This document shows, piece after piece, positions 58,825 through 64,000 of a DNA stretch of 64,000 nucleotides; position 1 is the first letter of the stretch; every line of letters begins with the position of its first letter. The notes under the pieces were generated by a model, which had not been told where the DNA came from, made no database searches, and was given only the letters and a program-made list of their open reading frames with translations. Position numbers and translations under genes: made by a program. The stretch covers positions 1 to 64,000 of the forward strand of contig BROI01000028.1 in the NCBI GenBank assembly GCA_027923505.1, given 5' to 3'. The DNA comes from Mayamaea pseudoterrestris. Its lineage: Eukaryota.

Positions 58825-59080
58825 CAAAGTTTCTGGTAGTACTGTTTGAGCCACAGTCGACGTACGTTGAACATCAAAGTTATTGGCACTACTTTTTGGG
58901 CAAGAGTCGACGTGCGTTGAAAATCAAAGTTATTGGCAGCAACAGTCGACGTGCGTTGAAAATCAAAGTTATTGGCAGTACTGTTTGAGCAACAGTCGAC
59001 GTGCGTTGAAAATCAAAGTTATTGGCACCACTCTTTGGGCAACAGTCACCATACGTTGAAAATCACATTTATTGGCACTA
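58825..59080 (-). repeat. Five-copy ~50-bp tandem array; core is the reverse complement of the 28.8-kb array core
   Basis: CGTTGAAAATCAAAGTTATTGGCA (or close variants) at 58865, 58915, 58954, 59004, 59054 (periods 50, 39, 50, 50). Confidence 0.95.
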
Positions 59081-59242
59081 ATCTTTGATCTACAGTCTCT
59101 TTACTTTTGCACGACCGCCATGCTTCAGCCGTCCATCCCTTGTCATTTACAATGCACTATTGATCCATCCGTCAGAATTCAATTCGAAAGGACGCGGATC
59201 CCGGAGACCACAAAGCTCCCAGAAACACAAGACAGCGCCAGT

Positions 59243-60943
59243 ATGGCACCGCCAAGAAGCAAAAGGCAGCGCATTAGTGAGCAACCTCTGAAAATTCTTG
59301 GTACATCATGCACACCATCAGCTGCGGTCATCAAAGTCGGCCAAGTCTGCTCCGATTCCGGAATCGCCTTTGAACAGCAAGTAATTGAGTCATACATCAC
59401 TTTGGGAAACATTTTGTCCCCTCTTGATGCAGACGTCTTTCTCGCAGAATGTTTTCGCAAATGCGCCGTTCATGTACCCGCCATGTCCAATGGCAAGGCT
59501 CGCTTCCAACTCTTGCTCGAACAATTATTCCACTTGAATCCAGAAATGCTATTGCGAGAAACGTCATCGGACAATGTTTTTGTCTGGCTAAAGCAGTCGA
59601 ATGGTTTGATTCGATCGATTGAAGTTTCGGATCCGGATGCGGCGCTCGCTTTGCTCAAAAGCGGACATTCAACCTACTGTCGCGCTCCACCAAGTGTAGA
59701 GCAGCACTTGGTGTCGTCGCTTCTTTCACAGACTGGTCTTGGTTGCGGACAGTACGATCCAACTGGTCAATCTGCATCATGTCTTGGCCGTGGTGAAGTA
59801 GAAGTGTTCATATCTACAGCAGGTCACGAAACGAATTGGCATTACGACTTTCAGGAAAACTTTACACTGCAGCTAAGTGGAGTAAAGAAATGGACGCTAC
59901 AAAAGGGAGCAGTCAAGCATCCACTGCGGGCGTGTACGCCACATTATGCTTCGCCCGAATCTGTCGAGGCACAGCTCAAGAGCGCGCATCTATCGAATCC
60001 AGACTTCGTTTATGGATACCCTCAGGAAGGAGTGAATGCTGTTGGTAGCGTAGAAGAGGTGACGCTTCGGCCTGGAGATGTTCTTTATTTTCCCGCCGGC
60101 ATGTGGCACAAGATTGATGTTATCGAGCCTGGTGTTTCCATCAACGTTTCTCTCATGGCAAGCAGCTACGCCAGTGTAACTTGTCAAGCTTTGCAGCACG
60201 TGTTGCTCAAGGATGAGCACTGGCGCGCGTCGGTCTCCCACAACTCGGCAACGAATGTAGTCGATCAACTACAGGCCCTCCTTGGCAAGCTTCCGGGCGT
60301 GATTGAAGTGTTAAAGCGGAATTATGGTGCCGAGGCAATTATACCTCCTGTAATGCGAGCCGGTCGAATCATTCCACTGGAAGGTAATGACGACGACGAC
60401 GACGATGACTATGACGAGGAAATGGACGAAACAGATGGCGAACGAGGCAGTGGCCGCGATGATGCTCCTGTAGAGCTAGATTCGCAATTCATTGAACAAT
60501 TCGACATGTCTGAGACTAAATTGCGCGACACGTTGATCCTCATGAGGCTGTCGATCAATCCTCTGGCGAGTATGCTACGCAAGGACGAGATAACTAGCTT
60601 CTACCAGAATATCAACCGGTCAGCCATTACCAATGACGAGAATACTTCTTTTGAGGACGCTTCTAATGTCACGAACGCCAAGGCGCAATGCACCTACGTG
60701 TTGAATGTCAACTACGCAGGAAATGACATGCACGAGAGTTCCGTCCGACGTTGCATTCGGAGCAATGTTCAGCTCTTGCAGCAGCTCTACTTGCTGTCAA
60801 AGCAAAGAAACTCAAACGATGCAAGCCTTGTCAATTTTGACACGAAATGGCTGATAGACGAAGAGGAACGAGCTACGTTGGGATTTCTGATTCATTGTGG
60901 TTACCTGCTGTGGGTCCCATTAGACAAAGACTCGCAAACGTGA
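59243..60943 (+). CDS. JmjC / cupin-4 2-oxoglutarate-Fe(II) oxygenase
   Basis: WHYDFQENFTLQLSGVKKW (HxD) and LRPGDVLYFPAGMWH (distal His); basic N-terminal PPRSKRQR. Confidence 0.9.
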   Translation: MAPPRSKRQRISEQPLKILGTSCTPSAAVIKVGQVCSDSGIAFEQQVIESYITLGNILSPLDADVFLAECFRKCAVHVPAMSNGKARFQLLLEQLFHLNPEMLLRETSSDNVFVWLKQSNGLIRSIEVSDPDAALALLKSGHSTYCRAPPSVEQHLVSSLLSQTGLGCGQYDPTGQSASCLGRGEVEVFISTAGHETNWHYDFQENFTLQLSGVKKWTLQKGAVKHPLRACTPHYASPESVEAQLKSAHLSNPDFVYGYPQEGVNAVGSVEEVTLRPGDVLYFPAGMWHKIDVIEPGVSINVSLMASSYASVTCQALQHVLLKDEHWRASVSHNSATNVVDQLQALLGKLPGVIEVLKRNYGAEAIIPPVMRAGRIIPLEGNDDDDDDDYDEEMDETDGERGSGRDDAPVELDSQFIEQFDMSETKLRDTLILMRLSINPLASMLRKDEITSFYQNINRSAITNDENTSFEDASNVTNAKAQCTYVLNVNYAGNDMHESSVRRCIRSNVQLLQQLYLLSKQRNSNDASLVNFDTKWLIDEEERATLGFLIHCGYLLWVPLDKDSQT

Positions 60944-61165
60944 GCTTGAAGCGCCGCAGAGATACCTGCTAACAACCTGATTTGTTTATTTTTGTCATCG
61001 GTAGATATATTATTGGCAAACTCCCGAGTACTCTACTGTAATCATTGCAGCTGGTGCAATGTAGATGCCATCGCATCGGTACTCGATCGTGATGGGCGAC
61101 GATTGTGCGGTCGTCCGAAGGCTTTGCCATCATTATGAACGACACTTTTCATCACGACCAACGCA

Positions 61166-62395
61166 ATGATGATGCTAGCAGCTACGATAACAGGTCGTCA
61201 TTCGACTTTTATAGCCACCTTCATCATGTTCATCTTGATCTGCATGAGTCATGGCGCTCTGGCGCGAACCTTTTTCTTGAAACAGTCGCCAACATTCGCC
61301 ACGCAGTGGCGAGGAGGAAGCAGCAGCATTGCCAATCCTTCCTCGACAATCATTCAAGCTCCTCAGACTGCTGACAACTCTACTCTGACATCAACTGCTG
61401 CAATAAACAGTACTGTACTGTCGCTCAACGCCAGCAATACCGTTAGTCCTTTTGTACCAAACATTCCAGACTCGCTCCGCGGAAGGCAAACGCTCAAGAA
61501 GCTAAGACTCGGCAATGTTGACATTTACCTGATTGGGACTGCCCACGTTTCCAATGACTCGAGCGCCGAAGTGAATTCGCTTCTGCATGCCGTTCGACCA
61601 CACGCCATTTTCGTCGAGCTTTGCGACGCGCGAACGGCGCTGCTGGAGACTCGTCAATTAGATGATGAATCTGCGGCAGCAGCGAATAACAAGACGCTTT
61701 CCTTTACGCAAAAGCTGCAAGCGACGCAGCAGCAACAAGGAGGGAGTCGCATGCAGACACTTAGTACGGTCTTGTTGACATCGGTCCAGGAAGATTACGC
61801 AAGTACACTGGGAGTGGAGCTTGGTGGAGAATTTCAGTGCGCATCGCGCTACTGGAAGTCGACGTTGCCGCAACCGTTTCTACTGCTAGGAGACCGGCCA
61901 CTGCAGCTTACACTTGTAAGAGCATGGGAGTCACTATGGTGGTGGCCAAAAGTTAAAGTCATGGCTGGTTTAGTTTGGAGTAGCCTCTTCAAGCCAAACA
62001 AGGAGGAAATCCGAAAATGGCTCGCGTCAGTCATGGAGGATGGATCGGACGTGCTTACAGAATCTTTTAAAGACTTGCAGAAACATTTTCCTACCTTGTA
62101 TACAACAATTATCGATGAACGCGACGCCTGGCTTGCCGCGAAATTGACGCAAACGTGCCGAGCACTTTACCGGCGACCAACGCATGAACCCTTTCGACTC
62201 GTGGCCATTGTCGGCGCGGGCCATGTTCCAGGAATTTGCGCCAAGCTGACTGCGTCGTCGGCAAACCAGACCGTCGAGCAAGTGTTGCTGGATCTTTGCC
62301 AGACGAGAAAATGGGCCAAGGATCCAGTCGTTCAGAAGGAAGCCATTCCAATGTGGGTGCACGACATTACGCAGCTGCAGGACGTTGACGCATAA
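61166..62395 (+). CDS. TraB/PrgY domain protein with signal peptide
   Basis: IYLIGTAHVS, FVELC..R, GGEF, LGDRP, IIDERD, VAIVGAGHVPGI. Confidence 0.92.
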   Translation: MMMLAATITGRHSTFIATFIMFILICMSHGALARTFFLKQSPTFATQWRGGSSSIANPSSTIIQAPQTADNSTLTSTAAINSTVLSLNASNTVSPFVPNIPDSLRGRQTLKKLRLGNVDIYLIGTAHVSNDSSAEVNSLLHAVRPHAIFVELCDARTALLETRQLDDESAAAANNKTLSFTQKLQATQQQQGGSRMQTLSTVLLTSVQEDYASTLGVELGGEFQCASRYWKSTLPQPFLLLGDRPLQLTLVRAWESLWWWPKVKVMAGLVWSSLFKPNKEEIRKWLASVMEDGSDVLTESFKDLQKHFPTLYTTIIDERDAWLAAKLTQTCRALYRRPTHEPFRLVAIVGAGHVPGICAKLTASSANQTVEQVLLDLCQTRKWAKDPVVQKEAIPMWVHDITQLQDVDA

Positions 62396-62448
62396 TCGTT
62401 GCGCCATGCAGCAACTAGCGATGGCGGCTTCACTGCGCATTACTTCCA

Positions 62449-63960
62449 TCAAGTGTTTTGACAGCGGACGAAACTGATTTCCTTTGACCATTTGTATAAC
62501 TCAATGTCCAAATAGTTTCGGCGCAGCAAATAGTCGTAAATTTGAGGGAATGGAATTCTTTCAGAGACGGGAGGGCGGGCGGCATGTGCCAACTCACGCT
62601 CCTTCATGTCCGTGGCTTGATTCTCAAGTAAACGTCGTGCACGTAATTCTATGCCGAGACTCTGAGCAACGGCGGCGATGCCATGGTCCAAGCATTCGAT
62701 ATCCAAGACGAAAGTGAATCTGCGCAGTAAACGCTTGGCGCGAGTCAAGTGAACCAAGCTTGTGTTTTCTCCCTGGCAGCAACCTCGGCCGGCGAGGATT
62801 CGCAGGGCAAAATTGTTGGTACTTTTCGAATTGGCAAAGTCCCACCATTCATCTTCCGATGCGTTTCCCTTGAGTATGTTTGGAAACTTGATGCTAGTAA
62901 TACGGTCTCCAGCAAGTAGACGAGACATTGGATCGCGCATGACAATGATGGATACCAAATTTGGGTTTCTCCAGTCTGTCATTGCCAATGAAGGGTTTGG
63001 CGGCGACCTGAACTCCCATGCAATCATGTGAAAAAAGCTCGAAAAGAGTTTGACATTGGCGTCTGTTTCTTTTCTCTTCCACGGTCGCTTGTGCTGCTCA
63101 AAGTATTCGTGTAGCGACGCATTCTCTTCGGCCTTGACGTTGTTGCATGCAAAGGATGGAGCGCCCTTTTGGTTCGGAGCCTTGCCAAGGGCTCCGCACA
63201 TTGTAGTGCCTGTTATATGAGGTGAAGATTAGTAGCAAGTTAGTTTACAGATAATCGCTCTCACAGCAATCATCCATTTTAAGGTTGTAGAGAATCAAAC
63301 ACTCGTCGTACCAGCGTGGTGAGTAATGTGCTGTGAAATAGAAAAATGTGACACGATCAGTATGATGAGCGTTTACGGTTCTCTCGATTTCCCGCCATGT
63401 TTACATCCCTACACTTTTAATGCAGTTGTTACATGTCACCACCAACTTACAATGTTGATGATCAAGCCGTTGCCTTGACGAAAGTTTGAAATTTGCTGAG
63501 CCGCCTTTGAGTTGACTATGTACACAACTTTTTGTGTTCCATTATCAATAGTGAGCGATGTTGTTCGCTGCGCCAAAACATTTTGTACGGCGAGACCCTT
63601 GACTAGCTCCGGCATTGCTGATGCATCGTTGATTTGTATGAATGGTGTTGCAGTCGAGTTTGTCGTCCGACGAGCTGTCACTGTAGAGAAACCCTTCACC
63701 TGCCGCGCACCCGAGTAGAGAAGGTTGAAGCATATTGCGACTAGAACAAGGCTGACACCGAGAACATACTGGAAGTAGCGGCTCGAGCTGTATTGCCAAG
63801 TAAATATATGCTGCTGCCGAGGACTATCGACGATGCTGCCGCGAATGATGGGCGAATGATGAGGACCATCATTGTCGTCATAACTCGCAGCAGCCGACTT
63901 TTGAGTCACGCTTAGCTGCTCGAACTCGTCAACTGCCTTGCCTTTCTTGACAACAAGCAT
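62449..63960 (-). CDS. Type II membrane sulfotransferase-like protein, 3 exons (63451-63960, 63312-63330, 62449-63209)
   Basis: N-terminal TM; the spliced product reads LIINIHITHHAGTTMC (5'-PSB-like), IVMRDPMSRLL (3'-PB-like), NYLDIELY. Confidence 0.8.
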
Positions 63961-64000
63961 ACTTTATCGCCCAGATGTTGCGCATTACTCGTCCTTTCTA

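Noticed and set aside
28757..59080. One 30-kb transposon bounded by the two arrays
   Set aside because: Not supported as a feature: the interval holds ordinary housekeeping genes, has no recognisable transposase, and I see no TSD or matching sequence outside the arrays. Two independent elements are at least as likely.

Overview
Eukaryotic nuclear DNA, very probably a diatom: short GT-AG introns, a plastid-targeted protein with the ASAFAP bipartite motif, and a CoDi-like Ty1/copia element. The first ~11.5 kb is repeat-dominated. The 3' half of a copia retrotransposon (RT, RNase H, PPT, 329-bp 3' LTR) abuts a ~31-copy array of a 181-bp, CpG-depleted, dyad-rich satellite, which grades through related variants (169 bp, ~185 bp, a 680-bp higher-order repeat of ~160-170-bp units, ~350 bp) into unique sequence. 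The rest is gene-dense: NAD(P) transhydrogenase, PI4-kinase, NmrA-like protein, P5C reductase, cytochrome b5, U-box, F-box/Kelch, CcdA, glutathionyl-hydroquinone reductase, JmjC, TraB, a sulfotransferase-like gene with a 19-bp microexon, a bacterial PTS-EIIC-like membrane protein, a divergent kinase-like gene and several unknown proteins. The most unexplained signal is two 5-copy ~50-bp arrays (28.76-28.99 kb and 58.83-59.08 kb) that share a ~24-bp core, have unrelated spacers and lie inverted ~30 kb apart. All family assignments come from recalled motifs, not database searches.
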